Notes: generated from the sequence alone by a model not told the origin. A stretch of 62,452 nucleotides of DNA from Bacillota bacterium (GCA_050262615.1 JBLNEL010000411.1:1-62452), one strand, 5' to 3'. Numbered from the stretch's first letter, positions 39,929 to 49,738 are shown. Made by a program: numbers and translations.

Positions 39929-41770
39929 TTACTTCAAGAGAACCATGGATTTTGTTTCCATCTTATCGCCTGCACTCAGGCGGAAGTAATATACGCCGCT
40001 GGCCAAATCTGCGGCATTAAAAGAGACCTCATAGGTTCCCTGGCTTTTATAGTCATCGACGAGTGTATTAACTAATTGTCCTAAGGAATTAAAGACGTTC
40101 AGTTTAACATTTTCAGGATTTTGTATCCTGAATTTTATTACAGTCTGTGAGTTAAAAGGGTTAGGATAATTCTGGTAGAGTTCAAAAGAGCGTGCTGAGG
40201 TCAGTTCAGCTTCAACGCTTACCACCGGTATACCTGAATAGATGACACGGAAGGCGTTTGCAACAATTTTATTACTGCTGCCAGAGCCATTTACTGAGAT
40301 TACAACCTCGCCGCTGTTAGCCAGGGATAATGATCCAAGGAGGTTCCATTTTGCGCCGTCAATTCTCTGATCAACAACTTTTTCAAGCACATTTCCTCCG
40401 CCTTTAAGTGTAACTCTTGCATCAGAGGCATTGCCTGAATTTGCCGGCCACCAGGCGTAGATATCATACTTGCCTTTTCCAATCATAGAAGTCGAATAGA
40501 CAGCATCTCCGGCTCCGCTGTTTGCAGAAGTAAAGCGGAAGCTATTTCCGAAGAAGTCATTTCCTGAACTGTCCTTAGTCCAGAGTAAAGAGGTCTGAGG
40601 GTCATTCAGTATTACTCTTTTAGGATGTGAAATTTGCAGGTATTCAGCAATCGAGTAGACTGTTCTTTCGCCAAGTTTTGCAAGGTTCAGGCTATCGACG
40701 AGGCTTCCGGTAGAATAATAGTCATATGGTGTTTCATACGTCAGAGCTATGGTCTTATCGTTCCAGTTCTTCCATTGCCAACCTTCAGGATAAACTGGAG
40801 AGAGGTTTGAGTAGCTGAAGTCGCTGGATTTAAAGTAATCAATATCAGAAATATTAATGTTTGAAAACTGCAATTGCTTTCTATAAAACAAGTTAGAAGT
40901 AGAAAGGGCAGTATGTATCCAGAAAGTGCAGAACTGGGCAGCCTGCGAGTGCAGGTTCAGTAAAACCTTAATTGGTTTTTGTAAATTTATACTATTCATT
41001 CTCTGTTTTAGTAAAACCACTTCCCTGCTTGAAGCTGAGTCCGGTCTGTTCCAGTCAGATTCAAGATCAACGTAATCAAAATTTGTGCGGGATCTGCCGT
41101 AAAATACTCCATCCGGGTTAGTAAAGGGAACGCAGTGGAATACAAGGTTTTTCAGGTAATAGTTTATTACATCGTCATTACTAAGGAGAGTCTTCATTAT
41201 TCCGTCAAAATGCCAGGATGAGGGAGTCTCACCAGGGTGAGTGCGTGCATGAATCCATATATGTTCTTTAAGAGAGTCTGGTACCGAGCGGTCAGTTACT
41301 TTTATTTCATATAGCGGGAGGTTTCGTTTTGTATAGCCAATAGTATCTAAGGAGACCATAGGGTTAGCCTTCCATTCCGAAACTCTTTTATTCAGGCAGC
41401 TTAATGTATAAGGCGTATAGTATGCCACATAAACTGAGTCTTCAGTGTAGGTTTTTTCAAAAGTGTTTCTCAAAGGGCTTTCCTGGAGGGTATACCGCTG
41501 GAAGTTCATATTATCAAATGAATACATTGCGCGCAGAACATCGCTATTGGATATCTTAACCCTGACAAATTTATTTTTTATACCTTTCATTTTGAAATAA
41601 AACCATCTGCCTCCAATATCAGTCCGGGTTTTCACAGTGTAGGTAACAGAGTCAGTTGCGGTGACAGATTCGATATTTCCGCTTTCGAAGTCAGAACTGA
41701 ATTCTACCTGTGAAAAGCAAAGTGAAGATAAAACAGCAAGCAAAAGAAGTGGCCGTAAGATACACATCAT
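39929..41770 (-). CDS. M14-family zinc carboxypeptidase with a CBM-like domain and a T9SS CTD
   Basis: The HxxE zinc motif occurs in IHARTHPGETPSS. I start at ATG 41770 (MMCILRPLLLL, signal-like) rather than the upstream 41836 of the track. The C-terminus LYQNYPNPFNSQTVIKFRI..YYFRLSAGDKMETKSMVLLK is a T9SS CTD. Confidence 0.72.
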   Translation of the reverse strand: MMCILRPLLLLAVLSSLCFSQVEFSSDFESGNIESVTATDSVTYTVKTRTDIGGRWFYFKMKGIKNKFVRVKISNSDVLRAMYSFDNMNFQRYTLQESPLRNTFEKTYTEDSVYVAYYTPYTLSCLNKRVSEWKANPMVSLDTIGYTKRNLPLYEIKVTDRSVPDSLKEHIWIHARTHPGETPSSWHFDGIMKTLLSNDDVINYYLKNLVFHCVPFTNPDGVFYGRSRTNFDYVDLESDWNRPDSASSREVVLLKQRMNSINLQKPIKVLLNLHSQAAQFCTFWIHTALSTSNLFYRKQLQFSNINISDIDYFKSSDFSYSNLSPVYPEGWQWKNWNDKTIALTYETPYDYYSTGSLVDSLNLAKLGERTVYSIAEYLQISHPKRVILNDPQTSLLWTKDSSGNDFFGNSFRFTSANSGAGDAVYSTSMIGKGKYDIYAWWPANSGNASDARVTLKGGGNVLEKVVDQRIDGAKWNLLGSLSLANSGEVVISVNGSGSSNKIVANAFRVIYSGIPVVSVEAELTSARSFELYQNYPNPFNSQTVIKFRIQNPENVKLNVFNSLGQLVNTLVDDYKSQGTYEVSFNAADLASGVYYFRLSAGDKMETKSMVLLK

Positions 41771-41884
41771 GATTTCCGCATAAATTGTATTAAAACTGGG
41801 ATAAATATAATAAAAATCTTTGTAGAAGTATTTCAACTTTAGAAAGGAAAGTTTAATTTAGTTGACCTTAAATAAAATGGAATA

Positions 41885-43438
41885 ATGATGTCTGCATTAG
41901 AGAGTTATTTTGAAAAATTCCGAAGGAATATTGCAGGTATTGACCAGGGTTTTATTTCGCCCTACGGTAATAAAAATATAATTTATGCCGATTGGGTAGC
42001 CAGCGGCAGGATATACAGGCCGATCGAGGAGAAGATGATCTCGGAGTTCTATCCGTTTGTGGGCAATACTCATTCGGAGTCCAGTGTTACCGGAAAGATG
42101 ATGACAGTAGCTTACCGTGAAGCTCAGAGGATTATCAAAGAGCATGTAAATGCTTCTTCAGAAGATGTAATTATAATGGCTGGAACGGGGATGACGGCAG
42201 TTGTAAACAAATTCCAGAGAATACTGGGGCTTACTATTCCGGAGCAGCTGTCGAATTATATTCATATTCCGGAAGAAGAAAGGCCGGTTGTATTTATCAC
42301 GCACATGGAGCATCATTCGAACCATACCACATGGCTTGAAACAATTGCTGAAGTAAGGATCATAGAGCCTGATGAAAGGGGGCTTATATGTCTTGAGCAC
42401 CTCGAATATCTGCTTAATGAGTACAAATCAAGGAAATATAAGATAGGGGCATTTACAGCCTGTTCAAATGTAACCGGCATACAGACGCCATATCACAAGA
42501 TGGCAAAGCTTATGCATAAGTATGGCGGGGTATGTTTTGTAGATTTTGCGGCCTCAGCTCCTTATGTAAGGATTGATATGCATCCTGAAGATGCAGCAGA
42601 AAAGCTTGACGGAATATTTTTCTCGCCTCACAAATTCTTAGGCGGGCCTGGTACACCGGGAGTGCTGATATTTGATTCAAAGCTTTATTCAAGGAAAGTT
42701 CCCGATCAGCCAGGCGGGGGCACAGTTGACTGGACTAATCCCTGGGGCGAGCACAAATTCATCAGCAACATTGAAGTCAGGGAAGACGGCGGGACGCCGG
42801 GATTTCTGCAGGCAATAAAAGCTGCGTTGTGTATAAGACTGAAAGAAGAAATGGGTGTTGAAAACATAAAGAAAAGGGAAGATGAGCTGCTCAAAAAAGC
42901 ATTCAGCATTCTTTCTAAGATACCAAAGGTTCATATACTTGCCCAGTCAGAGCAGGAGAGACTTGGAGTTATATCGTTTTATGTAGAAGATATCCATTAC
43001 AATCTGATGGTAAATCTATTAAACGACAGGTTCGGCATTCAGGTTCGCGGCGGCTGTTCATGTGCAGGTACATACGGGCATTATCTGCTTCATGTTGATC
43101 CGACACGTTCGCACAGAATAACAGAGAAGATAAATAACGGTGATTTTTCAGAAAAGCCAGGCTGGGTAAGACTTTCGCTGCATCAGACAATGACCGATGA
43201 AGAACTTGATTTCATATTATCTGCTATTGGTGAGACAGTTGAAAAAGCAGGTGAATGGTCTAAAGATTATACATATTCATCAAAGACAAATGAATTTTCA
43301 AACAATAACACCGGCGGCAGTTTATATAGTCCTGAGAACTGGTTTAAGATTAGTGAGTCAGATTATTATCCCGGATCAATTGACGAAGGAGATGATACAG
43401 ATCTGAACTATTTTTTACGTAATGAGACAGAACTATAA
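41885..43438 (+). CDS. Class V aminotransferase-fold PLP enzyme (cysteine desulfurase / selenocysteine lyase-like)
   Basis: 517 aa. PLP-Lys context FFSPHKFLGGPGTPGVL. Also has an ITHMEHHSN block. Confidence 0.72.
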   Translation: MMSALESYFEKFRRNIAGIDQGFISPYGNKNIIYADWVASGRIYRPIEEKMISEFYPFVGNTHSESSVTGKMMTVAYREAQRIIKEHVNASSEDVIIMAGTGMTAVVNKFQRILGLTIPEQLSNYIHIPEEERPVVFITHMEHHSNHTTWLETIAEVRIIEPDERGLICLEHLEYLLNEYKSRKYKIGAFTACSNVTGIQTPYHKMAKLMHKYGGVCFVDFAASAPYVRIDMHPEDAAEKLDGIFFSPHKFLGGPGTPGVLIFDSKLYSRKVPDQPGGGTVDWTNPWGEHKFISNIEVREDGGTPGFLQAIKAALCIRLKEEMGVENIKKREDELLKKAFSILSKIPKVHILAQSEQERLGVISFYVEDIHYNLMVNLLNDRFGIQVRGGCSCAGTYGHYLLHVDPTRSHRITEKINNGDFSEKPGWVRLSLHQTMTDEELDFILSAIGETVEKAGEWSKDYTYSSKTNEFSNNNTGGSLYSPENWFKISESDYYPGSIDEGDDTDLNYFLRNETEL

Positions 43439-43482
43439 TCAGCAAAAAAGTGTAGAAGCCAAAAACTACTGAAAAGAATAAT

Positions 43483-43513
43483 ATGGGTGAAGTTAACTTT
43501 CAACTTCACCCAT
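43483..43513. terminator. Bidirectional terminator hairpin between convergent genes
   Basis: atgggtgaagtt / aacttcacccat forms a 12-bp stem. Confidence 0.6.
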
Positions 43514-43547
43514 ATGATTATCAGATCATTTTAAGGTCTGTTCCAAA

Positions 43548-45995
43548 TTACTTCAGCAGGATCATTTTCTGAGCAGATACATATTCTCCAGCTTTGATCT
43601 GATAGATATACATACCTGAAGGCAGATCGCTGCCAGAGAATTCCACCTTATACTGTCCCTGAGACTGTTCCATATTGACAAGTGATCTAATAAAACGCCC
43701 AAGCATATCATAAACATTTAATTCAACGTAAGACTGCTTAGGGATATTATAAGTAATGGTGGTAACCGGATTAAACGGATTAGGATAATTCTGTTTAAGG
43801 TCATAAGAAGTAATTACATCTGATGATCTCTTAATTCCTGTAGCTGAAGTCATTACGAATTTATGTATATCAGAATATTCAGAGAGCTCTCCTTTTGAGC
43901 TTTTACTGCGTACACGCCAGTAATATTCTCCGTTATTATTCAGTTCAACTGAGAGTGAATTTGATTGAGCAGTTTTAACAGAAGGCATATACATATCAGG
44001 GCTGGAAGAATATTCTATCTGATAGCTTTCGACGTCACCTTCGGTAGGAATAAACCATGAGAGCAGAGGTGAGCGATCTAAAATTTCAGTTCCGTCAACT
44101 GGGCTAGCGGCAATTGGAGCGACCGGACAGAATCCGCCATAAATGACGAAGCTTGCAATATCAGAATAGCAGGAATAAACCGAGCCATCAAATGAACGTA
44201 CCCGCCAATAATAAGTCTGCCCTAACTTCAGTGCGGGGGTAGTATATTGAGTTAGGGTAAGGCCGGAAATTGTTACCGGGTCGCACATACAAGGTGAAGT
44301 AGAATACTGCAGCTCATACTTCAAGCCTAATGAATAAGAGTTCATGAACCAGAATAAAGCAGGTGTTTGGGTATAGACCGTATTTCTGCCAATTGGCCAG
44401 GATAATACAGGTTTTGCGGCAAAGCCTATACCGCTAATTGTCTTAAATGTCTGAATTTCAGACCAGGCTGAATAAGAAGATCCTAGCTTTGAGCGGATTC
44501 TCCACTTATAAGTCATATCAGGATGAAGTCCTGTAAGGAAAGTATACAGGCTGGTAATGCCGGTCAAAGTCGGCATTCCGGTAAGCTGTCCGGTACCGAA
44601 CTCAATTTCAAAAGTCATTCCATAAGGGACGGCGCCTAAGATGTACCAGTAGAGGCCAGCATAAGAGCAATAGACCAAAGCTCCGCCTACAGGCCATGAT
44701 GGAGCAGGAATGACAGGAGAAGTTACAATATAGTCGTTGATCCTAAAACTTGCAGGCTCAGACCAGGCAGAAAAAGCAGAGCCATAGACAGAGCGGACGC
44801 GCCACTTATAGCTTTTACCTGGAATAAGTCCACTTAATGCAGTCGAAAGTCCAATTATATTAGTAATATTAGGAACACCCGTAAAGGCAGTGTTCAACCC
44901 TTCAACATATTCGACCTGAAAAGTTAAGCAAGCGCAGGAGGCTCCTGTATACCAGTAAAGTGTAGGTGAAGCAGTATAAATAGTTGGGTATCCGACCGGC
45001 CAGGAAGCGACCGGAACGACTGTCTGAACCAAGCCTGGCGTCATAAAACTTACGGGTGTTGACCAATCAGAATATCCAAACAGGGACTTTGATCTTACAG
45101 ACCAGGAGTACTGTTTATCAGGAAGCAGGCTTGAAATTGTAAGAAACTGACTAGTAATGTTTAACACAGTAGGAGTACCTGTAAGTGCCGAAGGCGGTCC
45201 CTGTCTCAGCTCAAGTTCATAAGTAAGTCCAATACTTAAGTCATTAAGATACCAATAAAGTGTAGGTGACAGATTATTAATTACTGTATTTCCCAAAGGC
45301 CAGGAAGCAACCGGCACCAATGATCTTCCGTAGGAAATAAAACTCTCTATGTTCGAATATGAGATTACATTACCAGCTGAATTTCTGAGTTTAATTCTCC
45401 AGTAGTATTTTACTCCAGGCTGAAGACCTGTCAGCACATATATGTTAGATGTAAGGTTAGAGATAACAGCAGGCGAAGACAAACCGGCATTAGTAGAATA
45501 GATAAGGTCATATTTCCAGCCAGTTCCTCCTTCGGGCACGTACCATGAAAGTTGCGGACAAGCTATATAAAGCGATGCTCCGCCAGTTGGCCAGGAGAGA
45601 ACAATATTGGTTAATTTAACCGTATTAAACTTAAACGGTGATGAAAATCCGCTGGAAGAGCCTGACTGTTCAGCACTTACCCTCCAGTAATATGTCTTGT
45701 TGTTCCACAATTCAATTAATGAATAGGAAGTCGTAGTAAGATTAGGACGGACCAGGACAATATTAGTAAAAGCCTGGTCGTAAGCCAGCTGCAATGTATA
45801 TGAAGCAGCTCCAGGTACAGCCGACCAGCTGAGAGTCTGTTCAATTGGAATATCAACTGCGTTATTTGCAGGAGAGACTAAAGTTGGGATTTGGATTGTA
45901 AAAGCTGCATTATTAGGATAAATAGCAGAAACCGATAGGACAATTAAAACAGCAAGCAAATATCTCAACATGGCAAAATGCGTGTCGCACTTCAT
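43548..45995 (-). CDS. Secreted protein built of seven FN3-like modules of about 90 aa, plus a T9SS CTD
   Basis: Each module carries SWP.G, LYWY and Y.WRVRS, for example PVASWPVGYPTIYTASPTLYWY..SYKWRVRS. The C-terminus LKQNYPNPFNPVTTITYNI..IYQIKAGEYVSAQKMILLK is a T9SS CTD. An alternative start is ATG 45971 (MLRYLLAVLIV). Confidence 0.7.
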   Translation of the reverse strand: MKCDTHFAMLRYLLAVLIVLSVSAIYPNNAAFTIQIPTLVSPANNAVDIPIEQTLSWSAVPGAASYTLQLAYDQAFTNIVLVRPNLTTTSYSLIELWNNKTYYWRVSAEQSGSSSGFSSPFKFNTVKLTNIVLSWPTGGASLYIACPQLSWYVPEGGTGWKYDLIYSTNAGLSSPAVISNLTSNIYVLTGLQPGVKYYWRIKLRNSAGNVISYSNIESFISYGRSLVPVASWPLGNTVINNLSPTLYWYLNDLSIGLTYELELRQGPPSALTGTPTVLNITSQFLTISSLLPDKQYSWSVRSKSLFGYSDWSTPVSFMTPGLVQTVVPVASWPVGYPTIYTASPTLYWYTGASCACLTFQVEYVEGLNTAFTGVPNITNIIGLSTALSGLIPGKSYKWRVRSVYGSAFSAWSEPASFRINDYIVTSPVIPAPSWPVGGALVYCSYAGLYWYILGAVPYGMTFEIEFGTGQLTGMPTLTGITSLYTFLTGLHPDMTYKWRIRSKLGSSYSAWSEIQTFKTISGIGFAAKPVLSWPIGRNTVYTQTPALFWFMNSYSLGLKYELQYSTSPCMCDPVTISGLTLTQYTTPALKLGQTYYWRVRSFDGSVYSCYSDIASFVIYGGFCPVAPIAASPVDGTEILDRSPLLSWFIPTEGDVESYQIEYSSSPDMYMPSVKTAQSNSLSVELNNNGEYYWRVRSKSSKGELSEYSDIHKFVMTSATGIKRSSDVITSYDLKQNYPNPFNPVTTITYNIPKQSYVELNVYDMLGRFIRSLVNMEQSQGQYKVEFSGSDLPSGMYIYQIKAGEYVSAQKMILLK

Positions 45996-46189
45996 ATAAC
46001 CCCCTCAATCGATTGTTTAATATATTGGTGTCAGAAAAAACAGATAATCATCATTGCATAAACATATAATCATATAGTCATAGCCTAATACACCTTCGGA
46101 GCAGTAAGGGGCTCTTCTGATAGTTTAATATATTCAGCTGTTTTATCAAAGCAAATAAGAGATTAAAATTTAATTAATGTAAATGATGA

Positions 46190-46209
46190 AGGTCACAAAT
46201 TTGTGACCT
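46190..46209. other. Perfect 20-bp palindrome aggtcacaaatttgtgacct (hairpin or dimeric operator)
   Basis: Read directly from the sequence. It lies 58 nt downstream of the radical SAM stop and has no adjacent T-run. Confidence 0.5.
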
Positions 46210-46266
46210 AATAAGAAGACTGTGATACTTATATGAAGTAATGTGAAAGGAAATAAATCAGAGGGA

Positions 46267-47799
46267 TCATAAATGTTTAAGCTGACGTTTATTTATTTTA
46301 GTATGATCATTTTTCTTTATTTCAGGACAAGCTGATGCATATTCTTTCAGAAAACCGGGAAGAGGTCTGTCATTTATCTTTAGTATATCAGAGGCAATTG
46401 TATCTGCTGTTAAAGTTTTATTAAGAAGTTTTACCTCAGTAAGGTACCTGAAGAACAATTCTGCAAGGCGTAGAAGTGAGATCTGCCAGGTTGATTCAGT
46501 CTGCAAATAAATCCATTCAGAAAACAAGAAGAAGCTCTTAAAAACATCTGAGTCTTTCCAGAGGAGCCTGACTGTATGATTAAAGTTTCCGCTGTTATAG
46601 CACAAATCCCAGAAGCGTGCAAAGCGTTTCATTTTCTGCATCAGATTAAAAGGAATAAGATCATTCTGAAGGATTTCATAAGGAGGGGTATCAGAATAAA
46701 TCATTCCAAAGGTCTTATCATGTCGGGAAATTGAAGTGCCGGAGAGTTTCTTCAGTATACCAATCTGTATTTCAGAATTAGTTAAGGATGTAAGAGTATT
46801 AAGGTTATCAGCAAAGCTTTCTACCGGTTCACCGGGAAGGCCAGTAATAAGATCGACATGAAGATGAACGTTAGTATATTTTTCGAGAAATTCCAGGTTC
46901 TCTTTTATTTTATCAAAATTCATTCTGCGGCTGATATTTTCTGCTGTTCTATCGTTTAATGTCTGAATACCTATTTCAAGCTGCACAGATGCAGGTGGAA
47001 AAAGTTTTAGCCTTTCCTTAATACTTTCATGCAGGTTGTCGGGAATAACCTCAAAGTGAATAAGATAAGGAGGCTTTTTCATTAAGAAATAATCAAGTAT
47101 CCGGTTTGTATTTTCAAGCTGAAGGTTAAACGTACGGTCAACAAACTTAAACTTTCTTGCACCTCTTATCCAGAGTTTTTCAATCTCGGAGAGAATAGTA
47201 TCAGTTGAAAAATACCTTACTGATTTGTCGATTGAAGAAAGGCAGAATTCGCATGTAAAAGGACAACCGCGGGAGGATTCAACATATAGGACACGGTTTT
47301 TAATATCAATTTCATCATAATACTCATATGGCAGACATATTGAGCTGGTATCAGCAGGCAGTGACCGAATGACTTTTTCATCAGGAATATTTTCCTTACA
47401 GAGAAGTGAGCTTATAAGTTGGTAGAATGAGGTATCGGCTTCGCCCCGAATAATATAATCTGCCTGGCTGAAATCTACTCTATGGGGGAAATGGCTAACT
47501 TCGGGGCCTCCCAGGATAATAACAGAGCGGGGAGATATTTTTTTTATCAGGCTGATCAAGTTCTTTACTTCGAGGGCATTCCAGATATAGACCCCGATAC
47601 CAATAAAAGATGGATTTAAGAGAAGTATTCTTTCAGCAATTTCCGGAATGCTTTCGTTTATCCCGAACTCAAGAATCTTTGTTTTACTTTTAAGCTCATT
47701 TAAGTTTGCGTAAATATACCTTAAGCCGAGTGCAGTATGAATATATCTTGCATTTAAAGTAGTCAAAACAATATTTACATCTTTTATATTTTCAGGCAT
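46267..47799 (-). CDS. B12-binding-domain radical SAM protein (DUF4080-type C-terminus)
   Basis: Radical SAM motif SSRGCPFTCEFC (CxxxCxxC). The N-terminal flavodoxin-like B12-binding region is LNPSFIGIGVYIWN. 510 aa. Confidence 0.8.
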   Translation of the reverse strand: MPENIKDVNIVLTTLNARYIHTALGLRYIYANLNELKSKTKILEFGINESIPEIAERILLLNPSFIGIGVYIWNALEVKNLISLIKKISPRSVIILGGPEVSHFPHRVDFSQADYIIRGEADTSFYQLISSLLCKENIPDEKVIRSLPADTSSICLPYEYYDEIDIKNRVLYVESSRGCPFTCEFCLSSIDKSVRYFSTDTILSEIEKLWIRGARKFKFVDRTFNLQLENTNRILDYFLMKKPPYLIHFEVIPDNLHESIKERLKLFPPASVQLEIGIQTLNDRTAENISRRMNFDKIKENLEFLEKYTNVHLHVDLITGLPGEPVESFADNLNTLTSLTNSEIQIGILKKLSGTSISRHDKTFGMIYSDTPPYEILQNDLIPFNLMQKMKRFARFWDLCYNSGNFNHTVRLLWKDSDVFKSFFLFSEWIYLQTESTWQISLLRLAELFFRYLTEVKLLNKTLTADTIASDILKINDRPLPGFLKEYASACPEIKKNDHTKINKRQLKHL

Positions 47800-47900
47800 T
47801 TGCCGATAGTCTCACAATTTCTTAAACTTAAATTTTTCAGGTCAAAGATAGCTAAATCCAAGATAATATAAACCGGAGAAATTAAACCGGAGGGAAACGG

Positions 47901-47951
47901 CAGAAGAAAAATTCCAGCAGAAGAAAAATTCCAGCAGAAGAAATATTTCAG
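47901..47951. repeat. 17-nt tandem repeat x3 (cagaagaaaaattccag x2 plus cagaagaaatatttcag)
   Basis: Read directly from the sequence, in the 560-nt divergent intergenic region between the radical SAM gene and ord. Confidence 0.8.
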
Positions 47952-48360
47952 AAGGCTGCTTGATTTTGCAATATATGAATATTATTTTAATAGCAACTTT
48001 AATAAAACATTATGTTACCCAATAAAGTAAATAATTTCTATTTCCAGAAATTAAATCTTCTTTTACTCAGGCACTGCCCTGATTTGTAAATCACTTCTTT
48101 CAATTTGAAAGGGCCCAGGGCTTCTTTCAATTGCTTATCTATATTTAAACTTTAGTTTAGTTCCAGGCTTAGTTCCAGAGAAGAATTTAAGAATTCTAAT
48201 TTTCGTATTCTGTTTCGTTTGCTTATTTGAGGTATTCTGCCTGCTAAAAGCAATAGAAATTTATTCTATGATCATTTGAGTAATTAATTATATCCGGGAA
48301 AATTCTGTTCCAAAGGAAACAAAAAAAGTATTAATAAAATCATTCCAGGAGATAAAACAA

Positions 48361-49410
48361 ATGGAAAACGTCAAAGTTGTTATTTGGGGTTTCGGCGCTA
48401 TGGGAAGCGGTATGGCCAGAATGCTTCTTACAAAAAAAGGTGTTGAGATAGTTGGGGTCTGCGACCTTCATCCGGAAAGAGTAAATAAAAGTGTCTTTGA
48501 AGTTTTAGGGGTTGAAAGAGGTCAAAGGAAAGAAGTTATAATAAAAGATGACATAAATGAAGTTCTTACCGAGAAATGCTGTGACGTATGTCTGTGTGCA
48601 ACAGACTCATTTACAAAGAAAGCATTCCCACGCTTAAAGCTGGCTCTTGAGAAAAAAGTAAATGTAATATCGACTGCCGAAGAAATGGCATATCCGAAAG
48701 CGCAGGCACCTGAGCTTGCATGTGAACTTGACAGGATAGCAAAAGAAAATGGTGTTACAATCTTAGGCACCGGAATTAATCCCGGATTTATAATGGATCT
48801 GCTTGTTATCTGCATGACAGGCTGCATGACAGAAGTTAAAGAAATTGAAGCTAAAAGAGTAAACAGTCTCTCTCCATTTGGTCCTGCTGTGATGGAAGAG
48901 CAGGGAGTAGGAATAGCAGTTGACAAATTCAATGAAGGTGTCAGGAGCGGTTCACTTGCCGGGCATGTTGGTTTTGCCGAGTCGATCAATATGATTGGAG
49001 ATGCAATTGGCTGGAAGGTAGAGAAATATGAGACGCAGATGAGTCCAATAGTAACAGATGTAGACAGAAAGTCGCCATATGGTTTTGCAAAAGCAGGAAA
49101 CGTAGCCGGAGTCAATATGACAGGACAGGGGTATGTTGATGGAAAGCCAATAATCAACATGATCCATCCTCAGCAGATAGAGCCTGAAATGGCAGGTGTT
49201 CATACAGGTGATTACGTAACAATAAAAGGCACTCCAGAGGTTAATCTTTCGATAAAGCCGGAGGTGCAGGGTGGTCTTGGAACAATTGCAATGTGTGTAA
49301 ACATGATACCGCATGTAATAAATGCAAAGCCGGGTTTAAAGACAATGATAGATCTTCCGGTGCCGAGGGCTATCATGGGTGATATGAGAGAGATGGTCGA
49401 AAGAAATTAA
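48361..49410 (+). CDS. ord: 2,4-diaminopentanoate dehydrogenase
   Basis: 349 aa. N-terminal Rossmann VKVVIWGFGAMGSGMARML, DapB-like. It is the first gene of an operon whose order and sizes match the Clostridium sticklandii ornithine-degradation cluster. AGGAGA RBS. Confidence 0.8.
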   Translation: MENVKVVIWGFGAMGSGMARMLLTKKGVEIVGVCDLHPERVNKSVFEVLGVERGQRKEVIIKDDINEVLTEKCCDVCLCATDSFTKKAFPRLKLALEKKVNVISTAEEMAYPKAQAPELACELDRIAKENGVTILGTGINPGFIMDLLVICMTGCMTEVKEIEAKRVNSLSPFGPAVMEEQGVGIAVDKFNEGVRSGSLAGHVGFAESINMIGDAIGWKVEKYETQMSPIVTDVDRKSPYGFAKAGNVAGVNMTGQGYVDGKPIINMIHPQQIEPEMAGVHTGDYVTIKGTPEVNLSIKPEVQGGLGTIAMCVNMIPHVINAKPGLKTMIDLPVPRAIMGDMREMVERN

Positions 49411-49432
49411 ACCGGATTAAAAGGGAACAATA

Positions 49433-49738
49433 ATGTTTAAGGCTAAAAAAGGTGACTGGGTACAGATCCATCAGATAGTTCTTGACGCAAGTCAAAGGGC
49501 TCCGCATCTTCCTGAGGATACAAAGCAGGTGCCTCTGGAACTATGGGTTAAAGGGGTTCTGCTTCAGGATGCAGGAGAGGGTGATGAAGTTGAAATTGAG
49601 ACTCTCACAGGCAGAAAAGTCAGAGGAAGATTAGTGCAAGTAAATCCCGGTTACACACATGATTACGGAAGCTTTGTCGAGGAACTTCAGAAGGTTGGTC
49701 CAAAGCTAAGGGCAATACTTTACGGAGGTGAAAAATGA
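49433..49738 (+). CDS. ortA: 2-amino-4-ketopentanoate thiolase, alpha subunit
   Basis: 101 aa. KKGDWVQIHQIVL..VPLELWVKG..VNPGYTHDYGSFV. It overlaps ortB by 4 nt (ATGA coupling). Confidence 0.8.
   Translation: MFKAKKGDWVQIHQIVLDASQRAPHLPEDTKQVPLELWVKGVLLQDAGEGDEVEIETLTGRKVRGRLVQVNPGYTHDYGSFVEELQKVGPKLRAILYGGEK

Noticed and set aside
47800-48360. A cobalamin (AdoCbl) riboswitch upstream of the B12-dependent ornithine aminomutase operon or in the ortB-oraS spacer.
   Set aside because: I found no convincing B12-box (GCCACTG-like core in the right structural context); the only candidate is a weak aggcactgccctga hairpin. The 78-nt ortB-oraS spacer is too short. An Rfam scan would be decisive.
48522-49160. 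A 212-aa antisense ORF inside ord, and a 120-aa one at 48952-49314.
   Set aside because: The translation is rich in Ser, Thr, Pro, Ile and Phe and has low complexity, which is typical of the reverse strand of a purine-rich coding frame. There is no RBS and no recognisable motif, while the sense-strand gene has strong family and operon support. The same reasoning applies to other antisense track ORFs, for example 7922-8230, 12306-12617, 19833-20177, 58850-59152, 60449-60751 and 62090-62308.
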